DNA from: an uncultured Phycisphaerales bacterium
GTDB lineage: Bacteria; Planctomycetota; Phycisphaerae; Tepidisphaerales; Tepidisphaeraceae
Length of the DNA: 64,000 bases
Assembly (NCBI GenBank): GCA_963758525.1
Contig: CAVWVQ010000003.1
Coordinates: 2,080,001 to 2,144,000 of the forward strand
Direction: 5' to 3'
Position 1 is the stretch's first letter. Each line of letters opens with the position of its first letter. The position numbers and the translations under genes were made by a program. Shown here in pieces: positions 20,375 to 30,765 of this stretch. The notes below the pieces were generated by a model, which had not been told where the DNA came from, ran no database searches, and saw only the letters and a program-made list of their open reading frames with translations.

Positions 20375-20488
20375 CCCTCTCCCGGTATTCCGGGAGAGGG
20401 TTGGGGTGAGGGTGCTTGGATCGACGAATGCCGTCGGTGCTCGAAATCACCCTCACCCTGTCCCTCTCCCGGAGTACCAGGAGAGGGG
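20375..20488. repeat. CCCTCTCCC-type REP inverted doublet
   Basis: ccctctcccggtattccgggagagggttggggtgaggg...ccctcaccctgtccctctcccggagtaccaggagaggg; relatives at 12618, 32337 and 33467. Confidence 0.8.
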
Positions 20489-20559
20489 ATCGGAGGGCGT
20501 TCGCAGCGAAATTAAGCCACGTGCATTGCGACCAGGATGCTACATCACCGCAACGTCAC

Positions 20560-21696
20560 TCACTCGGCCTTCGGCGCCTCCACCGGCCGCTGCAGGCTGA
20601 CCGTCGCGCCCAAGCCCAGAAAGGCGAAGCCTGCGGCGACCGCGGCGACGCCCCATTGAAGGAACAACGCCATGCCTCCCGACGATGCCGCCGCGGCGAT
20701 CCAGTAGAACGCGTGCCGCCGCAGATACACATAGACGTACACGATATACGCCCCCGCGATGACGATCATGGCCGAGGTTAGCGGCGTCCTCGCTCCGATC
20801 TGCAGATACAGAGGTGCGGGGTCCGCCAATGTCATTGCGATCGCCAGGACTGGCAGTCCCAGCCGCGCCGTCTTGAACATCCCGCGAAGCTGCGGGTCAG
20901 CGATCCGCACGCGCGCCAGTGGCAGCGACACGCCCAACAGCACCAACGCGCCCTCACCAAGATAAAAGCGGGCGTTGTAAACCCAGTGCAGCATTCCCAG
21001 ATGTGCCACCAGTGACACGAACGGCAGCACCATATACAGCCGCAGGATGAACTGCCGGCGCGGCGCGTCCAATTCAGCGGACCGACCCCTCTGGAAGCGC
21101 TCCGCAAGCCACAGTTGCACTTCGTACAACACCGGCAACAGCGCGATGACCACCCATGCAGTATAAAACTGCTGAAAACTCGGCACCCCCGCGTGTGCCA
21201 CGGCTTTGAAGACGCTGGGAAGTCCGAACAGCACAAGCAGCTCCGCCGCCACGAATTTGAAGACCCTCGCCGGGAATTCGCGATAGAGCACGCGAAAGAT
21301 GACCGCGACCTTCAGGAGAGCCAGAACAAATACCAGCCCATTCAGGATCAGCGCCGTCGGCCCGCGCGTCTGCGCCATCTCGGCGTTGAGAAACGCCAGA
21401 TCGACAAGGAATGGCGCTTCGAGCAGCAGCAGCGTCCGCCCGTCGCGTTCGATTCCCCGGTCGCGGATCAGATACAGCCCCAACGCGATCAGCAGCACCT
21501 CATACAGATTCAGCGTGACCACCAGCACCAGCAGCCGCGGCAACTCGCCCGCCCGCAGGCCCAGATCGCCATTGAGCGCGTAACACCCGGCGATCATGCA
21601 GAGTGCACTGAGCAGATAGAAAGGATTGTGATGAAAAAGAAACGTCGCCAGCGCCCGGGAAAGCCGCGCGCGCACAGAAGCGGATACGGCGTCCAT
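20560..21696 (-). CDS. Hypothetical polytopic membrane protein
   Basis: HNPFYLLSALCM.., LNLYE, many hydrophobic segments; AAGGAG SD. Confidence 0.7.
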   Translation of the reverse strand: MDAVSASVRARLSRALATFLFHHNPFYLLSALCMIAGCYALNGDLGLRAGELPRLLVLVVTLNLYEVLLIALGLYLIRDRGIERDGRTLLLLEAPFLVDLAFLNAEMAQTRGPTALILNGLVFVLALLKVAVIFRVLYREFPARVFKFVAAELLVLFGLPSVFKAVAHAGVPSFQQFYTAWVVIALLPVLYEVQLWLAERFQRGRSAELDAPRRQFILRLYMVLPFVSLVAHLGMLHWVYNARFYLGEGALVLLGVSLPLARVRIADPQLRGMFKTARLGLPVLAIAMTLADPAPLYLQIGARTPLTSAMIVIAGAYIVYVYVYLRRHAFYWIAAAASSGGMALFLQWGVAAVAAGFAFLGLGATVSLQRPVEAPKAE

Positions 21697-21978
21697 GATG
21701 GACTCCTTCGGTTTGGCCGTACGCGGGACAACGGCGGATTGAGAAGGATCAACGTTTAGTGAAAGGGAAGCGTCTGGCTTTCCACACCTCCTGACAGACT
21801 CGCAAGCACGCCGGCCGGGATCGATAAGATGGATGATGATAAAGCCGCGCTGGCGACCCGCGAAGCGAGCAATGAAAGAGCCCCGCCAACCCGAAGCCTC
21901 TCCCGCAAGTCCGCGGTGGCGGGCTATTGATAACAGACCATCGCACCGCGATTGTTGCAGCGAAAATAAAACCTCGAT

Positions 21979-22170
21979 TCACGGAGTCGATGTCCGACGC
22001 GTTGACGGCCGCGTTGTACCACCCGAAGAGGTCCACGCAACCGGTCCCGCCGCCAGCGCGGCAGGAATTTTCTGGGCTGCGGGGTTGGGCACCAATTCAA
22101 CGTGTCCGCCTAGAAACAGAAATACTCCACCCCCGGTAGACGCCGGCATTGCCGCATCATATGACATGAC
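21979..22170 (-). pseudogene. Possible remnant of an H-X9-DG-type C-terminal domain
   Basis: VMSYD...GGVFLFLGGHVELVP resembles NVLF.DGHVEF; no N-terminal part seen. Confidence 0.3.
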
Positions 22171-22228
22171 CGCCGTCGTCGAGCTGCTCCATTCCTCGAT
22201 CGCGCAATACGTACCAAAACACGAGCAC

Positions 22229-23245
22229 TTACTGCCCCGGCTCCGGCTTCCCATGCAGTTCCGCGAGCAACTCATCCAGCGCGCTCTTCCGATCTTCCGG
22301 TTCATACGGCACCCAGCAACTCCGCGGCAGCGCCTGAAGCATCTGCTTGGCCTTGAGGGCCGTTTGATCGTCGGGAATGCTCTTGCCGGAGGTGACCGCA
22401 AGCTGCTGATATTGCCGGAACTGATCGGGAGTGGCGATATTCGCGATCACGTGCGCCGTTGCGTTGGCGCCCAGCGCAGCGACGCGCTGATCGGTGGCCT
22501 TCACCCGGCTGGCGAGCGTGGGATGATCGCTCTCGATCGCCGGCGTCTTGTCGTAGCCGGCGGCGATCATGTGCTTGAAGAAATCGCCGAAGTGCGTCGG
22601 GTCCCAGCCGGCGATCACGTAGAAATGGAATCCCAGCTCGTCGGCTTGCGCTTCGTCGCCGCGGGTGAAGCCCATGTTGACAAACTGCGCCGCCATCGCG
22701 CCGGCGCTGGCGCCGCCCTTCGCGTACGCCGCGCCGTTGTCGCTTCCCCCGGCAACGTATCCCGCGGCGCCGGCGATGCCTTCAATTCCCATTGCCGCCA
22801 TGCTGCGGTTCATTCCCTTGTGGACGTGGCGGGCATAGATATGGCCGAACTCGTGCGCGATCACCGCGGCCAGTTCATCTTCGCTTTTGGTCTGCTGGAA
22901 CAGCTCGTTGTAGACGTAGACGTGGTATCCGCCGGTCGTGAAGGCGTTGAGCGTTTTGCTGTTCACCAGGTGAAACTGCACCTTGTCGGAGAACATCCAC
23001 TGATCGCTCTCGTCTTTGACAAAATGACTTTTGGGCCCGTAGTGCTGTGCGTCGGCGATCTTCGCCGCCGCCTGCACCCGCCGGCCGATCGCGGTGAAGT
23101 AGGCGTTGACGTCCGACTGCACCACCTCGGCCGGATGCAGACTGCCGTCAAACTGATCCGCCTGCAACTGCACCTTCTTGTCGCTGGCGCACCCCGCCGC
23201 CACGGCAAGCAGACAAAACAACCCCGTCGACCATAGATGTTTCAT
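22229..23245 (-). CDS. M48 family metallopeptidase lipoprotein
   Basis: AAGC lipobox, NAFTTGG, ELAAVIAHEFGH, E.QADELG, SDHP..SR. Confidence 0.9.
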   Translation of the reverse strand: MKHLWSTGLFCLLAVAAGCASDKKVQLQADQFDGSLHPAEVVQSDVNAYFTAIGRRVQAAAKIADAQHYGPKSHFVKDESDQWMFSDKVQFHLVNSKTLNAFTTGGYHVYVYNELFQQTKSEDELAAVIAHEFGHIYARHVHKGMNRSMAAMGIEGIAGAAGYVAGGSDNGAAYAKGGASAGAMAAQFVNMGFTRGDEAQADELGFHFYVIAGWDPTHFGDFFKHMIAAGYDKTPAIESDHPTLASRVKATDQRVAALGANATAHVIANIATPDQFRQYQQLAVTSGKSIPDDQTALKAKQMLQALPRSCWVPYEPEDRKSALDELLAELHGKPEPGQ

Positions 23246-23388
23246 GAAGATCTCCGCGCCAGCCCCCGTGAAAACTACACCACCTTGCGGCAACCATGAA
23301 TCGCTCGGTGTGATTCCCACGCAGTCGGCGTCGCTGACGCTGTCCGCGGTCTCCGACCCAAGCTACAGCGCCGCACGTCACCGCCGGG

Positions 23389-23712
23389 TTATGCCTCGTC
23401 GGCATCATAGGCCGGCGGCGCATAAACGTTGAACGTGACCGCCGGCGAAGCTGCCTTGTTCACGAACCGGTGCGGAACCCGGGGCGGAACGATCACCACG
23501 TCCCCTTTTCGCAGCGTCAGCTTCTCCTTGCCGATTTCCGCGAGCACTTCCCCTTCGAGCACCAACAGCACCTGTTCGCTTTGCGGATGCTCGTTGCCCT
23601 TCGGTCCGCTCGACTTTCCGGGGGCCAGCGTCATCGTAGCCGTCTGGCTCTTTTTGGAGGTCTGAAGCACTTTGAAAAATGCCCGGCTGTCACGCGCATT
23701 CGCTACGTTCAT
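23389..23712 (-). CDS. Cupin domain protein
   Basis: EHPQSEQVLLVLEG...GDVVIVPPRVPHRF. Confidence 0.88.
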   Translation of the reverse strand: MNVANARDSRAFFKVLQTSKKSQTATMTLAPGKSSGPKGNEHPQSEQVLLVLEGEVLAEIGKEKLTLRKGDVVIVPPRVPHRFVNKAASPAVTFNVYAPPAYDADEA

Positions 23713-23770
23713 GGCCTGATGCTACGAAACTCCGGCTGACAATTCATCATTCGCATTGAATTCGAAATTG

Positions 23771-24058
23771 AAGAGCCGAAGGCGCGAAGCAGCGAAGACA
23801 AACGCGAAGCCGGGGGAGTGCAAACCGTGCGTGACGCGCTGGGCCCGCGGCCCGTTGCCGTGGCACGCGTGCCACGGGGAAGCGTATCAACTCTCACAGG
23901 ATGAGTCGCACTGCCGCAGCGGCGTTGCCGTGGCACGGGCATCTTGCCCGTGCTGGTTGCGTCGACAATGACGAGCATCTGCGGGTCGCACCAACAGGCT
24001 CCACCCGCTTTCTCTTCTTCGCTTCTGTCTTCGCTACTTCGCGCCTTCGCGGCTCTTC
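23771..24058. repeat. Nested repeats: CGCGAAG-array inverted arms enclosing CCGTGGCAC-type REPs
   Basis: aagagccgaaggcgcgaagcagcgaagaca...tgtcttcgctacttcgcgccttcgcggctctt, with inner gccgtggcacg hairpins. Confidence 0.7.
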
Positions 24059-24825
24059 TCCCCCGCCAGCACAAACCGGTGCCCAAAGTGCCGGTGATAC
24101 GTCGCAAACGAGATCCCGGCCTGATCGCGCAGCGCGATGATTTCCTCTTTTCTGAGTGCCTGCGCCACGCTGATCCGTCCGTCGTGGCGGACCATCGGAT
24201 TCGCCAGGCTGGTCAGCACGTTCACCCAGAAGTACGCCCGGCGATGCCGAAGCAGATCCCCCACAATGACACCCCGCCGCGCAACTCGCCCCATCTCCGC
24301 CAGCACAGTCACAACGTCCGCCTCATCGAGATGATGCAGGAACAGCGAGGTCGTCGCGTAATCGAAGCTGCCGTCCGCGAAAGGGAGGCACATTGCGTTT
24401 GCCTGCACGATCCGAACACTATCGTTCGATCCGGCGGCCCCCGCCGTCTTGGCGTGCAGATCGACACCCACGACTCGCACGTCAAACCCGCGCCGCACAG
24501 CCCACTTCAACATCGCCCGCGGGACATCCGCCGAGCCGGTGGCAATGTCGAGAATCCGAATCGTCTCGCCGGGCTTCCAACTTCGGCTGAATCGCGCGAG
24601 ATGGCTCAGCGTCGATCGCGTATACCCGAGCACTCCGTTAATCCGCCGAAGATATCGCAGGCTCTGGCGAAGTTGCTCCGCGTCCGTGCCCGGTTCGTCC
24701 ATCCACTCCGGGCCACGCAGACGCGAGCGGAGGAAGCGGGGATTGACGACGTTCAATACGCTCGGCGGGTCGCGGAGGAGGGGATCGTTCACTTCCCACC
24801 TTTGGTTGTTGGCGATGGTGCGCAC
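24034..24825 (-). CDS. Class I SAM-dependent methyltransferase (start uncertain)
   Basis: EWMDEP..LRRIN, ILDIATGSAD, FDY..TSLFLHHL, DLLR, HDGRISV. Confidence 0.85.
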   Translation of the reverse strand: MRTIANNQRWEVNDPLLRDPPSVLNVVNPRFLRSRLRGPEWMDEPGTDAEQLRQSLRYLRRINGVLGYTRSTLSHLARFSRSWKPGETIRILDIATGSADVPRAMLKWAVRRGFDVRVVGVDLHAKTAGAAGSNDSVRIVQANAMCLPFADGSFDYATTSLFLHHLDEADVVTVLAEMGRVARRGVIVGDLLRHRRAYFWVNVLTSLANPMVRHDGRISVAQALRKEEIIALRDQAGISFATYHRHFGHRFVLAGEKSREGAK

Positions 24826-24969
24826 ACGCTACAAGTGATATCACCGGTCGCTTGCCTGCGGAAATGCAGCAGACGTACGCGCCCCGGCGTCACGCAATCC
24901 AGATTGCCAGTAGGATATCGAGCCAAACTTTTCGATGGTAAGCGGCCGGGCAAATCCTCTCGGAGCTTT

Positions 24970-25581
24970 ATGATACTGGCGCAGGGCGCTCCCGCGGAAG
25001 GCCTAGCGCCGCTCTGCGGCGTCGTTGGAATTCTCCTACTGCTGATTTGGCTTGTCGCGGCAGCCATTCGGCTTTTGAACCTCGGGAGACGCCGGGCGCG
25101 GGCTCGAGGGCCGAATGGACCCGAGCGGAGGAGTTGGCCTCAGCGCATCTTGTTCGTCGCGCTGACGTGCGCGCTGCTGTTTGGGCTGATCTTTGTATTT
25201 CTTGCGTTGTCAGTGCTGGAGTCGCCGACGCACGCGTGGAGAAACCGGACGCGGACGGTTATTTTGAGCGCAGCAGACACCGCAACCGGCCAGCGCGTCC
25301 CGATCGAGGCGACCTGGCGGCAGGACATCGAAGATCCATGTGCCGTCCTCAGTTCCGGAACAAGCTCGTCGACTCAACCCGGCGAAGTTGAGGTCACGTG
25401 GAATGTTCAGATTCCGCTCACAATTACCGCGAACGGTTACGACGATCAGGTCGTGACGCTTAACCCGGCATTGCCAAAACGGGTGCTGCTCCATCTCTCC
25501 CGAACGATCTGCCAGGTGCCGCGCGAATCCATGAACAGGGAACACGAATCTGCGCCAATGGGCACGAATCCTCACGAATAA
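24970..25581 (+). CDS. Hypothetical membrane protein
   Basis: Two TM segments followed by a beta-rich domain (LTITANGY). Confidence 0.55.
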   Translation: MILAQGAPAEGLAPLCGVVGILLLLIWLVAAAIRLLNLGRRRARARGPNGPERRSWPQRILFVALTCALLFGLIFVFLALSVLESPTHAWRNRTRTVILSAADTATGQRVPIEATWRQDIEDPCAVLSSGTSSSTQPGEVEVTWNVQIPLTITANGYDDQVVTLNPALPKRVLLHLSRTICQVPRESMNREHESAPMGTNPHE

Positions 25582-25638
25582 ACGCGGGGAAATCTGTTTC
25601 GTGAAGATTCTTGCGAAATTCGTGTCGATTCGTGTTCT
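25540..25638. repeat. Inverted CACGAAT/ATTCGTG short-unit array
   Basis: Three cacgaat units face three attcgtg-like units. Confidence 0.55.
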
Positions 25639-25782
25639 GCATTTCTCGGTACCTGCGGAACGGGCGGGATCGCGCACGTCATTTAGACAGAGATGCCCGA
25701 CCACCCCGGACGCCTTCGCATTTTCCTGTTTCACCTGGGCATCAATCAATCCACGGCGGCCTCAGTCGCGGAAGAGGGCCAC

Positions 25783-26079
25783 TCAATTCATGCGTAGAGC
25801 TCCGGCATGGGGATCGAGATTCGAGACGAAGCGGGTCTTGGGTGGTTCGGTCGCCAGCGCCACGCCACCGGGAGATCTGGACCACTCGCGATCTTGCAGG
25901 GGTTGTGTCTCTAAAGCGAGGACGTCGGGCACCATGGTACGGGAGTACGGTTCGACAAGAGCAAAGATGCCCTTGGGGAGCAAGCCTGCATTGAATGCGT
26001 CGCAGATCGCGCCGGTCCAATGCTGGTGGAAGTGATGAAAATAACCTAACGGCGCTCGAGTCCAATCATGGATGGGCAT
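25783..26079 (-). pseudogene. Truncated DUF4058-like gene
   Basis: MPIHDWTR..GYFHHFHQHW..I.DA.N.GLLP..PDV; stops after ~98 aa. Confidence 0.6.
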
Positions 26080-26373
26080 GGCGACCACCTCTATGGTGAG
26101 AGCTTATCATTGACTCTGCAGAGCCGCGACTTGCGGTCAGCAGATCAAGCCGGTCGAGCTCGCATCCCATCCGCGCCCATCCGCGCGAACCGTGGCTGAA
26201 ACTCTTCCTGTTCGAGAGCAGCCCGGCGACAAAGTCGCTCGGCTCCGTGCTGCCGCGGCTCTGACGCCCTTTCCCACGGGTGCGATTACTCTGCGCCCGC
26301 GTTGGACCAAGCCCTGTCTGAAACTCCCCGCGCGGCCCGACAGGCGCGGCCCTGCCGGTCGTCGAATAAATCG

Positions 26374-26517
26374 GGGTGTGCCCAGCGTTCTGCGTCCCTC
26401 CCCCGTGCAGCCGTCGAGCTTTGCTCGCGGTTGTCCGAGCGGCACAAAATCCCGCGAGCAAACTCGGCGGCTGCACTCAGAGAGACGGAACGCTTATCGC
26501 AAAATCTGGGCACACCC
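26374..26517. repeat. Long nested inverted repeat downstream of the SRPBCC gene
   Basis: gggtgtgcccag...ctgggcacaccc encloses gtgcagccgtcgagctttgctcgcg...cgcgagcaaactcggcggctgcac. Confidence 0.7.
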
Positions 26518-26526
26518 AACGGACCC

Positions 26527-27438
26527 TCAATCTCCGGCGGATGTTTGCAGCACCGCTGCCAGTTGCTGCAGCGACGCGGTCCAGCCGCGTTCGTGGCCCT
26601 GCTTGCTTTCGACGTTGGCAAAGCCGTCGTGGATCAAAGTGACTTCGGTGCCGCCGGCGCGGGCGGTGAGTTCGAACGTCACGCGCGATTCGTGGTTCTG
26701 GTCTTCCCACATCCACGAATAGACCAGGCGGTTGGGCCGATCGATCTCCTGGTAGGCGCCGGCGACGAAGAGGGTTCCGGGGCCGGTTGGAGCATCGGGC
26801 CGCTTTTCCATTTTGATGCGGTAACGGCCGCCGATGTGCGGCTCCATCAACATCACGTCGCACGTTTTCACCATGATGCGCGGGCCCATCCATTGGCAGA
26901 CCAGCTTCGGGTCGAGCAATGCGTCGAACACCCGCTGCGGCGAGGCGTTGACCTGCTGCTTGAGCGTGAGCCGCAGTTCGAGCAGGTCGGCCAATTGCGG
27001 CAGCGACCCGCCCCACCCGGCCAGATGCTGATCGCGGGCCTGTTCTGAACTGAAGCCTTCATGGGTGAGCGTCACCAGCGTCCCCGCATCGGCCGGCTCG
27101 AACAGAACCGTGACGAGCGTTTCGACCTCTTCGCCGTCGCGAATCCAGGTGAATGAGAGGTGGGTGTGCCGGTCGATCCGGCGATAGACGCCGCTGACTC
27201 CCCCGCTGCACGGCTCCCGCCCCGCGACTGCCCTGGTGTGCGTGCGAAGATGGTAGCGCCCGCCGACGCGCGGCTCGAGCAGCGTCGCCTCGCACGATTC
27301 CACCCATTCCCTGGGCCCGATCCACTTGCACAGCAGCTTCGGGTCGAGCCATGCGGCGAACACCGCATGCGGGGGCGCCTTCACGTGCTGCGTGAGGGTG
27401 AGCTTGAGTTCCGTTTCACTTGCGTTTGCCATGACCAT
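26527..27438 (-). CDS. Tandem SRPBCC (AHSA1/START-like) domain protein
   Basis: Two copies of VF.A..DP.L..W.GP...GGRY...GT.VTL.H.GF....H..GW. Confidence 0.88.
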   Translation of the reverse strand: MVMANASETELKLTLTQHVKAPPHAVFAAWLDPKLLCKWIGPREWVESCEATLLEPRVGGRYHLRTHTRAVAGREPCSGGVSGVYRRIDRHTHLSFTWIRDGEEVETLVTVLFEPADAGTLVTLTHEGFSSEQARDQHLAGWGGSLPQLADLLELRLTLKQQVNASPQRVFDALLDPKLVCQWMGPRIMVKTCDVMLMEPHIGGRYRIKMEKRPDAPTGPGTLFVAGAYQEIDRPNRLVYSWMWEDQNHESRVTFELTARAGGTEVTLIHDGFANVESKQGHERGWTASLQQLAAVLQTSAGD

Positions 27439-27793
27439 GATTTCTCCTGAGAGGGATTTGAGGTTGTGCAGGCGGATCGAAATGATCCGCCAACTGTTGA
27501 AGGCTCCCGGACCAGAACCCGCGATAGAACTCGAGCCACTGCTGGGCGGACTGCAATGCCTGGGTCTCAAGCCGGCAACGGCGGTGCTTGCCGTCGATGC
27601 GCCGGGCGATCAGGCCGGCGTCTTCGAGGACCCGCAGGTGCCGGGAGACAGCAGGGGCGGAAATCGGGAACCTCGCCGCGAGCGTCCCCGCGGCGACTTC
27701 TCCCGCGGCCAGCACCTGGAGGATCTCACGCCGAGTTGGGTCCGCCAACGCGGCGAAGGTGCGGTCGAGATCCGGGGGCTCTTCAATTAACAT
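27416..27793 (-). CDS. ArsR/SmtB family transcriptional regulator
   Basis: FAALADPTRREIL..SAPAVSRHLRVLEDAGLI. Confidence 0.92.
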   Translation of the reverse strand: MLIEEPPDLDRTFAALADPTRREILQVLAAGEVAAGTLAARFPISAPAVSRHLRVLEDAGLIARRIDGKHRRCRLETQALQSAQQWLEFYRGFWSGSLQQLADHFDPPAQPQIPLRRNHGHGKRK

Positions 27794-27798
27794 TCGTG

Positions 27799-27822
27799 TT
27801 ATTTAACCTATAAGTTAAATAA
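27799..27822. promoter_or_regulatory. ArsR operator-like perfect inverted repeat TTATTTAAC-N6-GTTAAATAA
   Basis: Immediately upstream of the ArsR ATG and next to a TTGCAA -35-like box on the minus strand. Confidence 0.75.
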
Positions 27823-27960
27823 TTGCAAGGGGAAAATTTTCAAGTGCCGGGCGAGATTACGCAGCTCATCCACGGGTGCTTTCTGATATTCGCGGCTGGG
27901 CACGCCCCGCGAGCGAGGCAGCTAATTAAAGGATTCGGACTCGAAGACGAGTGCCTGATG

Positions 27961-29193
27961 TCATTTTGCGCCGGAATATGTGGCGCGGACGTAGCGGATG
28001 TAATTCTCTACCGATCGCAGCGCCGCTACGAGGCGCGGTTCCATGATCTTCACGCCGACGTCGTTCAGGTGATAGTCGGTGTCGTAGCCGTACTCGCGCG
28101 GCAGAACATTTTCGCCGGGCTGGAGGAGTTCGATGGCGCCGTTCCGCGTTGCGTAGTCAATAAACGTCTGCTCCATCTTGAGCAGTGCCGGTTGATCGAA
28201 TTGGGGGACGCTGAGCCGAAGGGGAGGCATGACGCACAGGGTGCAGTTCCGCGCGGCGCAGGCGTCCTTCAGCAGCGAGAAAGCGGTTCCGCCACGGCTG
28301 TCAATCGGATCCATGGCCGCGGGATTGTGCTCGTCTGGGTTGCTGAGTTGCCATGATGCGTAGCTAAGGGAACCGGGCCGCGGGAAGAGGATATTGCCGT
28401 CGGCGTCGATCGCATCAAGTGTATAGGGGGTTTTCCCGTTTCGGGGTTCTGAGCCGTCCGCAGCCGCACGTTGTCCCGCGGGGGCCGGGGCCTGCGGCGG
28501 AGCCTTTATTCCAAATGCGCGGGCAACCCTTGGGCCAAAGAATCGATCGACGACGCCGTTGCTCGGAACGGTGCCGAAGGCTCTCTGGAGCCGATAGGTG
28601 GCGTTAGCCTCCAACAACGTGCGAATGCGACTCGATCGATAGCGGGCTCTCCACCATCGAGTCGTGAAGAACACCTCCGGCGTTTGTTGGATGGCGTTGG
28701 GATGCGCGGTGAGAAATTCGAGGCGCAGGTCGTCGTTGCGATCGTTTGAGGCGTTTCTGTGGAAATGAGAGAGCTCAGGGGAGTAGACGACGATATCGCC
28801 CGGGCTGACGCATTCCAGGGCGCGGCCGGCGATGACATCGGCGCCCAGGCCGGCATGGAGGCCGTAGTTGATGACGGGCACTCCAAGGTCGCGCGTCATC
28901 CGGGGTGCATCGACGCCGAAGCGGATGTTGCTGCCGCCGATGAAAATGATCTTGTGCTGGTGAATCCGCTGGGCGACGGCGGCGGTTCTGGAATCGAGCG
29001 CCAGCGTCCAATCCAATGCGGGCGGGGGAGGCACGCGCTTGCCAATTTCGAATCCAAGGATCAGAGGTGACAATGCGGCAAAGACGACTGCGACATTAAA
29101 GAGCATGGCCTGGCGACGCGTACCAGGGACGACCGGGGGATGATCCGGTTGCTGAATCTTCGGCAAGGGTCGCGGTGGCTCGGCGGGTCTCAT
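27961..29193 (-). CDS. SGNH-like extracytoplasmic acetyltransferase partner of the MBOAT
   Basis: N-terminal TM, IIFIGGSN, NYGLHAG, DTDYHLN (DxxH). Confidence 0.65.
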   Translation of the reverse strand: MRPAEPPRPLPKIQQPDHPPVVPGTRRQAMLFNVAVVFAALSPLILGFEIGKRVPPPPALDWTLALDSRTAAVAQRIHQHKIIFIGGSNIRFGVDAPRMTRDLGVPVINYGLHAGLGADVIAGRALECVSPGDIVVYSPELSHFHRNASNDRNDDLRLEFLTAHPNAIQQTPEVFFTTRWWRARYRSSRIRTLLEANATYRLQRAFGTVPSNGVVDRFFGPRVARAFGIKAPPQAPAPAGQRAAADGSEPRNGKTPYTLDAIDADGNILFPRPGSLSYASWQLSNPDEHNPAAMDPIDSRGGTAFSLLKDACAARNCTLCVMPPLRLSVPQFDQPALLKMEQTFIDYATRNGAIELLQPGENVLPREYGYDTDYHLNDVGVKIMEPRLVAALRSVENYIRYVRATYSGAK

Positions 29194-29199
29194 ATGGGG

Positions 29200-30590
29200 T
29201 CAAAACCGGTAGTATAGAAATTCAGGAGGAGCGACGGTGCCGAGGGTGAACAGCATGCTCAGGCTCATCAGCGCGCAGCGCCCAGCGCCCACGGCAACGT
29301 TGGACGGAAGCGCCGGCTCAATTCCCGAGTGTTGGGCAGCGCCAGGGCGATGATGATTGCGATGAGCAAATACGGCAGCGCGGTAACGAGGACAGGGTCG
29401 TAAGCCATGCGACGGCCGATGTTGAGTCCCAGCATCGAACGGTAGACGCCAGCCGCGTCGCTGAAGGATTTTGCGCGGAACAGAACCCAGCCGCCGACCA
29501 CGGTAGCAGTAGTCAGCAGCCAGCCCGGAAGCGCCGGCATCGTGCGTCTGGCGGCGGACCAGCGGTGGTTGATCACCAATGCGATTCCGTGCACTCCTCC
29601 CCAGAGAACGAAGGTCCATCCCGCTCCGTGCCACATCCCGCCGATCAGCATGGTCACCAGCAGATTCGCGGTATTCCGCGGCTTGCTGACACGAGACCCG
29701 CCGAGGGGGATGTAAATATAATCTTTCAGAAAGTTGCTCAGCGTGATGTGCCAGTTGCGCCAGAACTGGCTGATGCTGGTCGATTTGTAGGGGGACAGAA
29801 AGTTCCAGGGGAATTGGACGCCGAACATGAGGGCCAGACCGACGGCCATGTCGGAGTAGCCGGAGAAATCGAAGTAAAGCTGCATGGTGTAGCAGATGAC
29901 GACCGCCCAGGCGTTGAGCGTGGCGAGTGAATGCACGGCGGCGGGATCGAAGCCGGCGTCGGAAACTTTGCCCAGCGAATCGGCCAGCAGCGTCTTCTTT
30001 GCCAGACCGACGGAAAAAATGAACAGCGCGAGCGACAACGTCTGGGCGGTGGGCCTGGGTTGCTCCAGTTGCGGCATCATCGAGGCGTGATGCACGATCG
30101 GCCCGGCAATCAGATGCGGGAAGAAGCTGACGAACAGCAGATATCGCCAGAACCCCGCCAGAGGCGCGGCCCTTTTGTAGCGGTCGATGAGATATGCGAT
30201 CTGCACGAACGTGAAAAACGAAATCCCCAGCGGGAGCATTTTGGCAGCCAGTGGATGGCTCATGATCCCCACTTGAGCAGCGACGGAGGACGCGAATACG
30301 GCATACTTAAACCAGAACAGCAGGGCGACGTTGCCGGCCACTCCAACGCACAGCGCAGCCTTGGCAAAATACCGGCCGCGCTCCACGTATCGCGAAAGAA
30401 TCCAGTTAATGACGATCGATGACAGCAGCAGAGGTATATCCCGCGGGCGCCAGACGCCATAGAAGACAATCGAGGCGGCGGTGAGAATTCCCAGTGCCGC
30501 GCCCACGCCGGCGAAGCGCCGCATCAGCGCAAACAACAGGCCCGTGATCGGCAGGAAGACGAAGATGAATTCGACGGATGAGAAGAGCAT
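29200..30590 (-). CDS. MBOAT family O-acyltransferase (AlgI/DltB-like); apparent frameshift near 29275
   Basis: MLFSS..F..FLP, PLGISFFTF, FFPHLIAGPI, YFDFSGYSDMA, FWRNWHITLS, GMWHGAGW; C-terminal EFLYYRF lies in another frame. Confidence 0.9.
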
Positions 30591-30765
30591 GCGTCAGGCG
30601 GGAGATTCCTGCTGGAATCGGCCCGCCTGAAAGAGTAGCAGATTGTCGGGAAAATCACGTTTCCCGCGCGGGGGGGCTTAACACCGCGCAGGCGCGCTTG
30701 CGCAGCAGCGCCGGGCCGATATGTTCAGGGAGGAGATCCGGGGCGGCACGAATGCGAGGCGCGCG

